Part shown: positions 48,393-61,959 of the stretch, piece after piece
Layout: each line of letters starts with the position of its first letter
Position numbering within the stretch: the stretch's first letter is position 1
Assembly: GCA_963575745.1 (NCBI GenBank)
Contig: CAUYUJ010000240.1
Coordinates: forward strand, 1 to 64,000
Direction of reading: 5' to 3'
DNA length: 64,000 nt
DNA from: Prorocentrum cordatum
Taxonomy: Eukaryota
Notes under the pieces: model-generated
What the model saw: only the letters and a program-made list of their open reading frames with translations
Told to the model about the DNA's origin: nothing
Databases searched by the model: none
Program-made: the position numbers and the translations under genes

Positions 48393-49888
48393 GCGAAGGT
48401 ACTCAAGGACGTTCCACGGGCCGCGACCGATGTGAGGTTTGTCTTCGGGCTCGGGTTCTGACGCTGCGGGCCCCGAGTCCGGCGGTCCACCTCCCCCTCC
48501 CCCCCCTGTAAGGGGGGGTCGTCTCGTGAGGGGAACCCGCCAGATGGTGGTTGATCCCCATCATCGCCGGATGAGCCGTGAGGGGGAGCGCCACCATTGC
48601 CTCCGCTGGCTAAGCCAGGAGGATTCTCAATGTTGGGAGGTTGGCCGGCAGGTGCCCCGCCGGCCGCCTGTTCCCCAGTCCCATGGTCATCCAATGATGG
48701 CTGATATTGGCCCTCGACTGCTGATTGGCATTCCTCGGCGATCACGTCGTCGGGCGCCTCCGTTGCAGTCTTCGGCTTCTTTTGCGGCGAGTCCTCATCA
48801 GCATCCGGGCTGAGTCCGTCTTCGGCAAGCCATTTCTCACAATTCTGTGGCCTCTTCCAGGGGCGTTGTCTTTTCCTCCAGTGCACTGCCTGCTTGGGCG
48901 CGTCCTCGAAGTACGCCGCCTTTGCGGCGGCAGTAAGGGCTTCCTCGACCACGCGCACGGGTGCACTGTATTTTCCTTTGACCACTGGAAAAGCGAACAT
49001 CGTTCCCCACCCTTCCCCAACGGCTGAGCCGCGGGGAGGCTTTCGAGGGGAAGGCCTCCAAATATCAATCCAGACCTTCTGGGAGCTTTTTTCCCGGTGG
49101 TCCGCCACTGGCACACTCGCATAACTGCCCCAGTGGGTCTCATGCCGAACGGCTGGGCCGACAGTGGGGCCAAACACTTCTCCCGGCTCTAGCGTCCGCA
49201 TTATACCACGAAAGCTCTCTTCGGGGCTTTCCGTGTACACCCTACTGATCAGCTTCGTCTTTTCATCAGGGTACGTTTGGAGGAACGTTCCCACGGGGAT
49301 TTTGGCAACGTCAGGAGGGGCACAATCGAAACGGCAAGTGTCCTTCCGCTCAAACATAGTCCAATGTACGGTCCACGGGTCTTGGGAAATCTGGGAGTAG
49401 AAACGCTGGAATATCGTCTGAGACGTTGTTTCCAGGTCCGCCCTCAATGCAGTCACGACGGCGTCATTTCTCGTGTAAAGTATGTCGTTCTTCCACATCG
49501 TGTAGCGCCAACCCCGGCCCTTTGACGGCGCCAATGACATGGTTCCGTCTTTGGGTCCCGCACGGGACCACTCCCTCAGTTTATCAGGGAGGCACTTGAA
49601 GACTTCTTTATTTCTCCATGGTTCGACGTCTTCTACATTGGGATCAATCACTTTCTTTGAGCGAGCATTGTTTTGAGGGGCAGTTTCCATGTCAGCATCA
49701 TTTTCAAATATAATGTCATTTGGGCTGAACTGTTCATGCCCTGTCCGATCCGGCTGAGCCGGTGGGCAAGCCATCCCGCTCGGCTGAGCCGGCGTTGCGG
49801 CTTTCCGAATTGTGGCGAGGACAGCATTATTGTAATCCTTTTCCTCTCTGCCCTTGTCAACAACAACGTCCGAATCAATTTCATCCAC
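48389..49888 (-). CDS. Cargo ORF, unknown function (499 aa; aromatic-rich core with disordered tail)
   Basis: Long co-oriented ORF inside the LTR element; overlaps the next ORF by 4 nt. Confidence 0.6.
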   Translation of the reverse strand: MDEIDSDVVVDKGREEKDYNNAVLATIRKAATPAQPSGMACPPAQPDRTGHEQFSPNDIIFENDADMETAPQNNARSKKVIDPNVEDVEPWRNKEVFKCLPDKLREWSRAGPKDGTMSLAPSKGRGWRYTMWKNDILYTRNDAVVTALRADLETTSQTIFQRFYSQISQDPWTVHWTMFERKDTCRFDCAPPDVAKIPVGTFLQTYPDEKTKLISRVYTESPEESFRGIMRTLEPGEVFGPTVGPAVRHETHWGSYASVPVADHREKSSQKVWIDIWRPSPRKPPRGSAVGEGWGTMFAFPVVKGKYSAPVRVVEEALTAAAKAAYFEDAPKQAVHWRKRQRPWKRPQNCEKWLAEDGLSPDADEDSPQKKPKTATEAPDDVIAEECQSAVEGQYQPSLDDHGTGEQAAGGAPAGQPPNIENPPGLASGGNGGAPPHGSSGDDGDQPPSGGFPSRDDPPLQGGEGEVDRRTRGPQRQNPSPKTNLTSVAARGTSLSTFA

Positions 49889-49947
49889 GATGTCGTCAGA
49901 ATGGATTGAGATCGCGTCATCACCCAGTGGTCCGTCCGCCTACTTCT

Positions 49948-50830
49948 TCAGCGGACGACGCATGGGTTCAGTCGTCGGTATCTCCGGCGCGCGGGAACCG
50001 CGGCAAGCGAGATTCGAGCAGTCGCGGCAAGGCAACCGCTCGCCTCTAGGGGGGGCGGTCGCGGGGCAGCCCGCGCAGGCTGTTGAGCCGAAACGGCAGC
50101 GGCGCATATAGGATTGGGAAATGAGGTAGGGCGACGACGAGACGACCCACCTCTCTCTGCGGCGGTGGCGACGGCAAAATGAACTTGCTTGGCAAATTCA
50201 TCGGTGTAATCTTCAGCGCTCTTACACCCTCGCCCCCTAGCCTCAACATGCTCATGTGTGCCATCACATCTACGCTCTAACCCCTCCGCAACAAACGAAG
50301 AGGCGGTGGCAATCTCCCAGGGCTTTTTCATGAAATTGCCCTTGCTATCCTTCAATCCGCACGCGCGCCCGCGCAACGCCGCCTCGGCAAATCCCAACTC
50401 TCGAAGAAAACTCTTTTCCTGAGGGTCTCTCCAATAATTACATTGGGTAGGCCATTCGATACATACAACGCCCCCCGCTTTGTGCACAGCACGGGCAATC
50501 TCACGGAAATTCCAAAATAGATAACGGAAATCAGTTCTAATGCCCCGAAATTGGCGCATGGCCCTGTGCTTTCCGGCACGGAAATAATGCGCCTCGTTCG
50601 CATACTGCCAAGGGGAGCCTCCTGTACACGGCATGGGGCCCCACAACGTGATATGTTTCCCCTTAAACGCAGCTGTGCCGTTGAGCGCTATTTTGAATCC
50701 CTCATCCGTCCTCATGTCTTCTTCCTCGGTGTATCGAACCACTTTACATGAGTTGTCAACGAAATTCTTCGGGTCTCCTATGCTACTTTGGGGGCCGCAA
50801 CAGTACTCCAATAAAAACCTTTCCCCGGTC
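49948..50830 (-). CDS. C5-cytosine-DNA-methyltransferase-like domain downstream of RNase H
   Basis: LLEYCCGPQS (motif I-like), LWGPMPCTGGS (catalytic PC), VCIEWP (motif VI-like), CGL...KKPW, CDGTHEH...G...AEDYT (motif IX/X-like). Confidence 0.65.
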
Positions 50831-51679
50831 CACTGAGTGGCCGGGAAGCAATCGTCTCGGATTCAAAAATTCTGTGTGTCCCGTCCATTTGTTGAGGCAA
50901 TAATCACCGTCGCTAGAATCGCCATCTGAGTCATAATCACATGGGTGATGATATCTGCTTTCTTCGTCACGCCAATTATCGGTGCGATCTATCGTCAAAC
51001 CTTGTTGGGAGTTGACGGCATGTGTGCGACGTTGATCATCGAGCTTATCAAGCTCGACGGGACAATCCCCGATTGTCGGCATAAATGTGACAATTCTCGG
51101 AACATAATGATGTCGTGTCAAATTCTGTCCTTGTCTCATCCATTCATCCCTTTTGTCAGAGAAGTTGGCAGCCACCGCAGAGTGCGGATTGTGAGGCGGG
51201 CGATCGTCGTTAGAAGCAGCCTCCCTGTTTTCAGGTCTCAGGGAAGGCTCTGATTCGCTTTCACTGTCCGATATTCCAAACATGGTTTTCGTCTCACGAT
51301 CGGAGCTTCTTTTTGTTGCGTTTTCAATCGCTTTCGTTTTCTCGGAGCTTCTGCTGCAACACTCTTTGCCCATTCGAGGAGTGACATTACCCGCAACATC
51401 AGCGGAGCTGACTGCATTCTTCGTCTTCAATAATCCCTCGGCTTGGCCGGGGGCAGCCACAACGGGTTTGCCTTTGTTGGGGCGCTTTTTCGGTTTGTTT
51501 GACTTTCTGCTAGGTATGGTAGCTCCTCTCCGCAAGGCCGAACTAGGGCCCGGGCGGGGCTTGAGAACCCCAGAGGGTTTGAGGGGAAGTCCGTCAGAAA
51601 ACATTGAATCCAGATCATCTTGGCGCCGCTTAGCGGCCCAGCACTTAGGCGTCACTATGTTGACGAGGTATAACACTTT

Positions 51680-53640
51680 GACCCATGCCATTGGGTCAAC
51701 GAATCGTTTTGTTCCAGTATCTGCAGCCTCGTTTTGCGTTCTTTCTGATTGTAATTGAACAAGGCCACGAGACAATTGTTCGGACACAGCTGCTGCATCG
51801 ATTCATTACGTTCTTGGTAGGTGCATCAGCTTCATTGACCCGCCTGCCTTGATGACTTTGCAAACTGCTTGGTTATCTCCCAAGAATAAACATCGCGCAG
51901 ATCTATCCAGCAGGATCTCCCACAGCGGTAATGCCGCAAGCAGCTCCTTGCGCAACGCAAGGTCGGCCGCAACGATCTCGGCCTCAAGTGTACTATGAGA
52001 TGCGCATGTTTGTCTTTGCGAACTCATCGACTGTCCTGCCCGTGTATATGGACCCCATATTGCTTGGTAGCTAGCGCTCGTGCTCCTGTGCGTTCGGGTG
52101 TCACTCGCCAGATCTGCATCAGAGTATTGTTTTAACAGGGCGCCCTCCTTTTCTATCACCCACCCACGAGGTCATACGATAATGAGATGTACATTTTATG
52201 TAACATATGAGGCGGAAGGTCCATGTCCTGTTGTTCTGTCCATTTTGTGATGCAACTGGCAGTTTGACACACGGCACGGAGTAAGTCGTATCTTGCCATC
52301 CTAGCCCCGTAAAGTATGTTCATCAACACTTTTGCTGCAATTGGCTGAAGCACTCCCGACTGAGTCGGTGGCCCAGGGTCATCAGGGCTAGCTGCTGCGG
52401 CATCGAGGCCAATCACCTCTATTTCTTGATCAGGAGGGCTGGTGTCAACGTTGATCTGTAACGCTGATGCTATAGCCTCCTCAGCTGGGGAGTAAATCTC
52501 TCCTCTGGGGCCGCCCTGCCCGTCTTCTAAGTCAGTAAGTTCTGGACCGAACGGGGTACCCGCGGCCGGATATGCGGCCGGGTCTGCGTCCGTCAATTGA
52601 GCGTATAAGGTAACGCAGGAATCGAACAACTCTGTCATATCGTATTCGATGACTTTTACTAGTTTCGGTTCTATCGGCTGGTATGGCTCGGTCATCTGAG
52701 ATGCCGAGTCCCCCCCCCGTTTCCTCCTCACTACTCTCGTCTGTGACGGAGGCGTTTTTCTTAACTATTGGAGGAGGCGGGTCGAGTACCGTAGGTAACT
52801 CTCCGTGCCACTCAATTGTCTGAGTTGATAATCTATGCTCGCATCCTAAATATCGTCCAACAGCTGTTGGAGGATATATTTCTATGCCCCTAGGGCAATT
52901 GTTCGAAGGCTCTTGAAGTAAATTCCATCCCTGGGCCAGCTTGTCGGCAGGTCCTGACAATGCGAAATCATCGACACAACTGAACAAGAAAATTTGCAAT
53001 TCTTTGTTGAAGTAACAGCTTCGCCACGGACTACATTTCACAAAACCTTTCGCCGTGACATGTCCCTCGCAATGCTGTTCCCAGTGCCCGCCCAAAATCG
53101 GGATGTCCGTGCAGAGATAAGTACACAGGACATACGGGGTTTCTCATATTGGACCATGCTTTGGGCCATTCGTCACGAGGCAAGAAAACCCAAGTAGGAG
53201 TGCCTCCCAACTTTGGCTGCGTGTAAGCTTGCCGAGCGTCAGCTTGTTCGATGTTATGGCCTTCAAACAGCCCGTCAGTATCGGCTGCTTTGCTGGCCTG
53301 CATTGTCGCGGGATTGCTGGGAAGTTCCTGAAATAGTGCCACATCTTTGTTTTGATCTCTAACACTCGAACCGTCAAAGACCACCCGACCTTTGTGCTTG
53401 CGGTCTTTGTGTCCCAGTGGTAACTCTGAGTTCTTTTCAACAAAGATCGCAAATAAACGGCCAAAATGAGCCGTCTTCCCTGTGAGTTCGGCAACAATTC
53501 CCTAACACCATCTTCGATCCACGTGACAATGTCGCGCAGTCTGCCCCATTCTTTTCTCAGGGCAGCTTGAGCGTCTTTGTTTGCCTTTGCCTCGTCTTTT
53601 GAGACAGATCTGGCGACAGCGGCATCCATGCGATTGCATT
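51680..53640 (-). pseudogene. Copia-type reverse transcriptase plus RNase H
   Basis: RT motifs KGRVVFDG, QADARQAYTQ, LSLHGHPD, SCVDDF (YVDD-like), RYLGCEH, LYGARMARYDL. RNase H motifs YSDADLA...RSTS, SHSTLEAEIVA, GDNQA, AADTGTK. Confidence 0.92.
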
Positions 53641-54999
53641 GCCAGTCGTTGGGAAGTTGGAAAGGCTCATCGATGACAGATATTACATCTGTAAATGGAT
53701 TATAGAAGTATTGCAATTCAAACCTTTCTTTGTCACGATGATTGATATTTGTGTCTGAGCTGTCTCGTAACGGCATTCGAGGAACGCTTCGCCGCGACGC
53801 GGCGGCCGCCGGACTCGGGGTCAGGCTTGCCTCGTCGTTGTCCTCAGATTTTCCGTTATCATCATCGGACAAGAGATCCCTGTCGGCTGAGCCGGAGGGT
53901 AGCCCGTCTCTTGCTATAGTGCCTCCATACCATGTTTGTTTCCACCAGATGTCTTCGTCATCTGACAGGTGTCCGTCAGGAGCGTCTTCTTCTGAATCGT
54001 CAGTTTGAGATGTGGTTTGATAGACCTGGGTGTGTCGCGACGCCGCCCCTCGCCCACTGCCAGGGGTGTAGCACAGGCTGTCGCTTTGTATTCGACGTAG
54101 CTGCCCAGCCACCTTAGGTGCAGTTAGCCTGGCTTCGGGGAGAGCCGCAAGCGGCTGAGCCACTGCGGGATCGGGCGGAGTCGGTGGGTCATCCACATCT
54201 AGACCAATATCACGCAGAAGGCCTAGGCAAGGACTGGGATCCTCTATACCGAAGATCCCTCTCTTTTCAGCCTTGTATTGTTCTACGGCCTGTCGGCGCT
54301 GCGCTTGCGGCATGTTAAACCATCGTCCAGGGCGTATCCCGGGATTGGTAGAATCGGGTAGCTTCTTTAACCATTGGGCACTGCATTTTGGGCCCGGGTC
54401 TGTGACCCACAATCGGGTTATAGGTGCATAATCAGGGTCATAATAAGGAACAACTCGTATGCTGCATGTCTTTCGACGACCTGTCAACGGGAAATTCTGA
54501 ATTAATTCGCCTTTTGTAAGTCCAGCAACAATCCGTCTGTCTTCGAAATATTCCATTGTATCGAAATTTTGAATTGTTCGGGCAAGAAGCTGCCCTTTCC
54601 CTGGGACTTTCTCACTCGGCTTAGCCGCTGAGAAGTTGGACTGTCTGTCCAAACGCAGGATGGGAGTCGCGCCGAGGGTCCCCGCCGTCAACTACCAAAG
54701 GCACATCACCCACATACAAACCCCCAGGACCGTCGTCATCAAGATCGGCCTCGGATTCAATACGTGGTGCGTCCTCGCCTTCCTGGGAAGGCGGTGGCAC
54801 CGGAATGGCAGGATCATCAGCATTAAACATGTTGTCCGGTCTTATCCCTGTGGCTGGTTGCGGTCCGTCTGAGACGGCCGCACCTTCTCCTGTTTCTGTA
54901 GGGATTGTGGCGGAACGTACCTCCGTCGCCGCTTTCTCGTATGCTTGTCGCAAGGGAAACTGAGGCGATTGGTCGTCAGCAGTACCATCTAAGATGTTG

Positions 55000-57570
55000 C
55001 TGTACACTTGGTCAGACTTCTCGATCGTGGGTTGTTTTCCCTCTGGAGTGCGTCCTGACTCCATATTCAGTCCGTCCAATTGTCTCAGAGGTATTACGTA
55101 ACTGTCAGGTCCAACCAATCCCCCCGCTTTGTGCACATACCCCAAGTATATCCCTGTAATCATCGTTGCTCCAGTCTTGGCAGTGCGGAAGCGGGATTCA
55201 GGCGGAGGCACATAACGGATCAGTGATCCGAAGGGAAGAAGCGGAGCATTGAATTGGCATCCGAAGCGCCTTTCCCAGCTGGGCTGCCCTTCAGCAGGGG
55301 TCCTTGCATTGTAGCATCAGCAGAAATATCGAACTGCATAGGTCCAACATGGCGGTGGAAGACCAGCCTGCATGAGTAAGGCTCTAGCACCCATCTGCAC
55401 CGCGCCGTTCGCGCGCTCGGCGACAGCATTTTGTTTCTTGTTTCCTGGGGTGGTAGGATCATGGGCAATATTGAGCTCGCAACATGCCCTAGCGAGCTCT
55501 CTTGCACCATCTGTATAACAATATTCTAACTTTTTCCTCCGGGGCTCTAAGGTTTACTAAGAAGTTACAAACATGAACCGCAGACTTGTCGTGTACACCC
55601 TGAGCGGCAAGAACATCTGTAGCTCGGTCGCGAAAAGTCACACACGCGGTCTCATCGTGGAGTCCCCGCGAGAGTTCATCCATCGCAAACCAATGATCCA
55701 TCGTCGTCAGTTGCCCGAACGAAGTGGGGTTAGCGTATGGGCGAGGAACCTTTAGCCCTTTGTTCTGCGCTTTGCGCTGTTGTTTTCTGATAGCTTTGGC
55801 CCAATTGCACACTGGGCAATGGTTCTTAGGAGTATGAGTTAGAAGGTGCGGTAGGGAGGCTGCAGCCTTTTTGAGCCGCTCGGCAAGGGTCTCCGACACC
55901 TCAACTTCCGCAACGTCTGGGTCTAAATCTGGCGGTGCGTCGACGTCGACCAAGTCGACACCGTCAGCGTCTCCAGCTTCACCCTCCTTGGGTCCTGGGG
56001 CCGCGTTGCGCGCATCGGAGTCCAGTCCTCCACTTGCTTCGTGCGGGAGGTATCCTGAAACTCCACATCCAAAATGGCATCTATATGCGGCAGCACAAGC
56101 CTCGGCTTTGCCGGGCTGCTCGTCGAATGGACCGACGGCTTGACCGTGGTCGGGCAAAGCTGAGAGACTATTGGAGGCAGCAGTACCGGTTGGCGTCCGA
56201 TTCCAACCGCATTCGCTGGCCAACTGAAGCGAATAGTAGAAGTAGGTGATGGTATCCGCAGAGTCTATCGAAGACGGGAAAACGGGCGCGATCTCGGTCG
56301 GCCGCCCATCAGCGTAGCGGCGGGTACCAATCAGCTCATGCGTGTGCAGGTCTATGGTTGCGCGAGTCTGGACAGCGTGGGGCGGAGGGCCTCCCGCAGA
56401 TTCCACGTTGTCCAGGAATGCCTTGGCGCCCGGCGTCACGCAGCGCCACCGCTCGAGGGGCTCGCTCCTTCCGGCGGCAGCTGCGCACATCCACTGACCC
56501 AGCGCCTCTTTGCCTGATAGGGTAAAGTATGGTATCTTGCCCTCAAGGGCTAGGTCCACTCTTTGGCCGTTGGGCAACAGTTGGCAGGGCCTTTGGCCAG
56601 CTGGCCAAAAGAAACTAAAGCCGTGATCCATGCACCGCTCTCCTACCGAGATCACGCACGGGGTCTCCGGCATGACTAAAGCGTTAAAACTACCACCCTT
56701 AAATTTGGGACACGCGATGCGAACTGAACCGAGGGCCTTAGACTCCCCCCCGGCAGTGTTCAGAGTGATCGATTGCGGCAGCTTTCGCATCAATGTCATT
56801 GCACCGGCGCTCCTACTGTATTTTTCCGCATTTAGGTTGTACCCGCACCCGGTATCTATAATGAAGCTCAATGCCCCCAGATACGCAGCGTCTTTGTCTG
56901 TGCATCCAGCAGCGGCTGAGCCGCGCGGGCTTTCTTTCCCCTCTTCGTCTTTCAACCAGAGATGCCAGACGTGATCTTGCAGGTCTGATGCTCTGATCAA
57001 AGCCTCTGCGACAGACGCCCTCGACTGTATCGACATCTGTCGGCGCATCCCCCCTGGGAACTTCCATCTGTCTTTGCTACTTGAAGACAACTCTTTCAAG
57101 TCGTGGCGACGGGCCTTTCTCCAAGTGATAGTCGGCTCCTCAGTAGAGGGGTGAAAACGGACACGGAGATTGCATCGGTTGCTATCCCGATGTCGCATGC
57201 AACTCTTACTAGGGGGAACGCACCAGTACTTTTTGATCGCGTCCCGAGAAAGAGGGTGCAGGAAATTCGCAAGGACATTGACGAGTCTCTCGACCTCTTC
57301 CCTGCCGTCCTGTTGAAACTCACCTTTGGAGGTATCCCAATAGTCTCCTCCGTCGGCACTAGAGGCAATAGCCAAAACATTAAGGCCGTTTTGTTTTTGC
57401 CCTGGGAAGCCCCGGAATAATGGGGCGGGGCACGCGACGGCACCCAAGCTGATTGAATCAGTGGGTCTCTTCCAGCCCCCCCGTTTTCTACTCAACCGAC
57501 GCATGCTTCGCCACGTCTGCCGAACGAGGACGACAAGAAAGAAGACCATTAACAAAATTATGTCTGTCAT
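55000..57570 (-). pseudogene. Aspartic protease plus integrase
   Basis: Protease FIIDTGCG, LNTAGG, TPCVISVGERC. IN zinc finger HLLTH...HCPVC, then TMDH and RDRAT. After a frameshift: YTDGAREL...QNAVAERANG...AGLPPPCWTYA. Confidence 0.9.
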
Positions 57571-57612
57571 CCCTCCAGCAATGACGGCTGAGCCGCCAGT
57601 GCGGAGCCATTG

Positions 57613-59593
57613 TCACGTAACTGGATGACCTGGGGTGGTCTTGGCGAACCAGCATTCTCTCCCGCGTGAGCACTTTCCCGTTTCTCTGTAGGAGCGACAG
57701 ACCATGTCTTTGCCTTTGCCACCGCCTTTGTTTTTCCCTCCATCATTTTTGCGTTTGTCGGAATCAGCGCTAGCGGCTCTGGAGCCACCATTACTTCCCG
57801 TCGAAGAGATATTGGCAGCAGCAGCAGCATTGGCCTGTTTGGATGTACGCTCATATCCCAAAGATTGTCAAGCGTCAAGTTTCGCTTGTTCCCACTTGTC
57901 ACGCTTCAGCTTCTCAGCATCGGTTAGCCTTCTATGGGCCTTGTGACATCCGTCTTCGGATCCTCGACAATTCGTGGGGTCTCGGGAGTATGCGTAACGC
58001 GGAATATTACTGTCTTTCCCACGTGACTGACTTCTATTATTTTGCTGTCCTCCTTTCCCTCGGTTTCCAGTCGGGGTCTGGGATCGGCCCTGCCCCTTTC
58101 GGCCCCTGTCCTTCGATCTACCTCTAAGGTTCTTATCCTGGGCAGGGGCGGCGCTGGTCTTCCGTCCCGCACTCGGCTGAGCCGGTGCGGCGTTCTTGGG
58201 CTTCTTGTGATTGAAGGGACAGCCTTTTCCTGCGCGCGGGCAAGTTTCGCCCTTGGTAACGTATCTGCAAGTGGTTTCGCCCTTGGTTTTCGCCCCTTTC
58301 ATGACATCCGAGGATTGTCCCAACTTAGTGGCAATCTCTGCCGGGGCGGCTTTATTGCCTGCATTCCTCCGATTGTCATTGCCTCCGCCTCCGCCGAATC
58401 GTGCTTGTCTGGCACGTTGGTCTAAGGTTTCCTCATGCACGCAGATGTTCCAGTCTTCTTTTTCTCGCAACATCACTCCTTCAATCTGCTCCATCAGCCA
58501 TTCGTGAGTTTTGACACCTTGTCCCGTTCTGTCTTTCGACAAGTCATATAACTTACATACAAAATCCAGTTTGTTCGGCTTTCTGCATTGTTCAAGGAAG
58601 TACATGAATCGAGGCCCTCATCTCGTCGGACGGAGGCTTGGCGCCATAAAGCTGTTGATACACGTATGTCCATTCATTGTAGAAATGATACAGGTCAGCA
58701 TCAGGCTCGTGCGGGTCTATCTTCACTTTGAAGAGGTCGCGCGAAATGCGATGTTGTCCCAACTCCGACCTTACCTAACACCAGTGACAAATAGCCCGCA
58801 CCATCTCGCGTCCAGTCATGAGCCTTCCCTCGGCCTGGGCGCTGAATTCCACGCGAGTAACCTGTTGAAGGAAATGGGTATGATGAGGAGGCTGATATCG
58901 ACTCTTTCGCATCTTGTTGAACTTCTCGATAAGATTCGCTGCGATCATAAGGCCGAGACGCTGGAATCGTCCAACATATTTGAGTTGCTCATCCTCCACG
59001 GCTGGATCCATAGCCTCGGCAATCCAGTGCTGTGCTGCCTGGCTCTCGGGCGATGACCCAGCGATGGCGCGTATTGCGTGCATTTTCCACTCGCGAATGT
59101 TCGTAATGTCAGGGATGTCCAACAAATCAATTTTCTGTTTGTTACCGACCTGTCTCCACTGATCTAACGGCGTGCTCTCGTCAATTACTACCGAGTCGCG
59201 CGGTCCGCCGGGGCCTTGAGGCCCCCTGCGTCCACCCCCACCATCAGAGGGGTCTGACCCCCCTGGACTTCCCGGAGGCGATCCTCGTGGTCCTCTGCCA
59301 CGATCATCTTCGTGCGAAGATGCGATCTCGGTGTTGGGAGCGTCGCTCTTGTCGTCATCTTCTCCGCCCTGTCCTGCATTGCCCGACGACTTAGTCGCCG
59401 TCGTTCCATTAGGGCCGTCTCCATAGGTTGTGCGGAGATTGGCAAGAGCGTTATGTTCGTTAGGTCCAGTTAGCCTCATCCCTGCAGGGAGTCCACTTTC
59501 AGCGGTGCTCGGCTTAGCCAGACCTTCAATGGCAGGTCCTGGGACAGAATGTTGATGCAACAACGGCCCCACGGGGTTCTCTTGCGAAAACAA
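57613..59593 (-). pseudogene. Gag-like region with CCCH-type zinc fingers
   Basis: Helical core IREWKMHAIRAIAGSS...GREMVRAICHW; CRYVTKGETCPRAGKGCPFNH; CRSYRETGKCSRGRECWF. Split by stops and frameshifts. Confidence 0.7.
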
Positions 59594-59672
59594 CGGAAAT
59601 CCGAACGACTTCGATGTGAGTCCGACTTCACGTTTAGTTTCAGTATACGGATTCGGGTCGGTGATGATAGCC

Positions 59673-61593
59673 TTAATTAAGCCTCATCTGTCCTATCTCT
59701 TTGTTAGCCGCGTTCGATGCAATCTCTTCTTCTCGCATGTTAGCCGCTGACCTTTCACTCTTCCACAGGTCGCATCTAGAGCATCTCGTCGTACTCGCAT
59801 CGATATGCTCGTCGCAAGCCGAGCTGCCACATCCGACGCAATCCTCTGTCTTTGGACGAAAACAAACGGCACAACATTGGTCCACGGAAAGCGCGATTCC
59901 ATTCCCATCGGGAGGAGGGCGTGTTGCACCTCCTACCAGCATGGTCGATGCTCCCGCATTCGCCACGGTCGTCTGGTCGAACTGCGTAGGGGCAGATGCA
60001 ATGCTCGACGACTGGGCCGTCGATAGCTGGTGTATGCTCGACCCGAACGGCTTAGCCGGCGGGCATTTAGTGTTGCTCGACATTATACGCTGAAGAGACG
60101 GTCTGGCTTCTTCATGCGATTTAAGCTCTTCCAGATAGAGATTGCTCTGGTTAGTTATCTTCGCAGCTACAGCTTGGGTGTTGTCTGCTTTCAGCCTGGC
60201 GGCTGTGAGTTCTTCTTGTAATCCCTGCTTTTTCTCGTTCCGCCACGGCTGTCGCGATTTGTTCCCCTTCTATCTTGGCCATCGCAACGGCAGCGGCAAC
60301 CGCATGGGCGTCCGCAGATTCTTCGTTCGCCACCATGACGGCCCGTCTCTCCGAACTCAATAATTCTCTGTATTTGTCTTCTGCTTCCCTCTCCACTTGC
60401 CATTTCACGGCCTCAGTCTGATTGTACAGGTGTTCTATCGGCGCTTGTTCACGCTCTCGAGCGGCCATGGCTAGGGCGATCCGCTCAGCCTCAAACGTTT
60501 TCCTGGCTTCGATCACAGTTTCAATGCATTCTTCTCTGTCCAATCGAGCCCCTTCAGCCAGATTCGCCTCATTAGTCAGAAACTCTCTCTGAGTGTTGAC
60601 CTCTGCTAGCCTGGCCTGGTCTTGAATAGACTGCAAGAAGAGGTATGTGCAGTTGTGCTCGTCCATTGGGTAGCACTCCGCGCGTAGCCATTGCATGTTA
60701 CACTTGTTGCAAACGTCCGAGCCATTCCTGCACGCTGGGTTCCTACATGCGCCTTCAGGCTTGTTGGCTTTTCCTTGGCATCTGTTCTCCGCCTGAGGCG
60801 CGCAGCCAGGATTGGGATTCCCACGTACCTCCATCATAGAAACTGCACTGTTGCTCCTAGAGGTAGACCTCGCCCCTGATCTTTGTATTTTGGGCGTTCC
60901 CCTGCTCGAAGCATTCGATCTGGGGCAGGCAAAAGTGCGTTCTCGTGGTTTGGGCGCATTTAAGAACTCCTCGTCCTTCTCGTCCTGTTTGATTAGCTGA
61001 GAGTAAATACCTTGTTGTCCGACCATTTCGCCCTCAACAACAGCCGGAATGGGTTGCCACTCACCTAAGGTGGTGGCGTTACGGAAGAAGCCATCCTTTA
61101 ATGGCGAGACGTTTAGCTCATAGTCCTCATTCCGTTGTTTCTTGAGGTTAGGCGCAGGAGTTCGCCCAGTGGACTCCCTCTCATGCTTCGTTTGAGTCTC
61201 CACCCTGTCCGCCTGAGGCGCCAGGATACTTGTGTCTTCGTCGGATCCATCTGGGGACCAACTTTTGTCTCGAGCAGGGATGCCTTCATCCATCATCACG
61301 GACAACGCTCGGCTCAGGGAAATATCACTATTGATGCTACCAAAAATTTCTTCCATGGAATATATTTCGTGATTTTTGTCTATCGGATCATCGCTATCCT
61401 GACCGAATTGTCCGTTAAGTGCTATAGGGGTTCGGGCAGTAACATGCATACCCACCCAATCTACGGGGATATTTGGATGCGCATTCGGATTCCCTTGGGC
61501 TTCCCCTGGACGGCTGGCTTGGCCAGCGGCAATGGCTGTAGCTTGTTGAGCATTCTGAATGGGACTTATCGACTCCGTCGAGTTGGCACTCAA
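59673..61593 (-). pseudogene. Pre-gag region: acidic/coiled-coil protein with two Cys-rich Zn-binding clusters
   Basis: ORF 60151-61593 (CRNPAC...CNKC...C...HNC, then E/A/R-rich coil) and ORF 59673-60083 (CAVC...CVGC...CDEH...CSRC). Confidence 0.6.
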
Positions 61594-61959
61594 CCTTGAA
61601 GAGAATGCACCTGGTCAGGGCCTTGGCGTGACGCCTTCTCGCCCGTGAGGGTCGGGGGTTTGCTCACGATCACCTATCGGAGCCCCTACTGTGGGTATGT
61701 CTACCGACATTTCGGTTATCCCATCAGTACTTCTCCCCCTCATGACCCGGTCGGCGATATGTGAAGGAGGGATTCGGTCTTGAATAGGACCGATTCTATA
61801 TGTATCGTGTCCATCATGTTGTTCAACGCGCCAATCTGCGCTTCTCGAGATATTAGACACGATATTAGTATTATCGTAGCTCTCTCCCGCAGCGACTGAG
61901 TCGCGGGGCACGACTGAAAGCTCTTCATTTGCATCTAATGGCCCCGCGTCGACTGAGTC

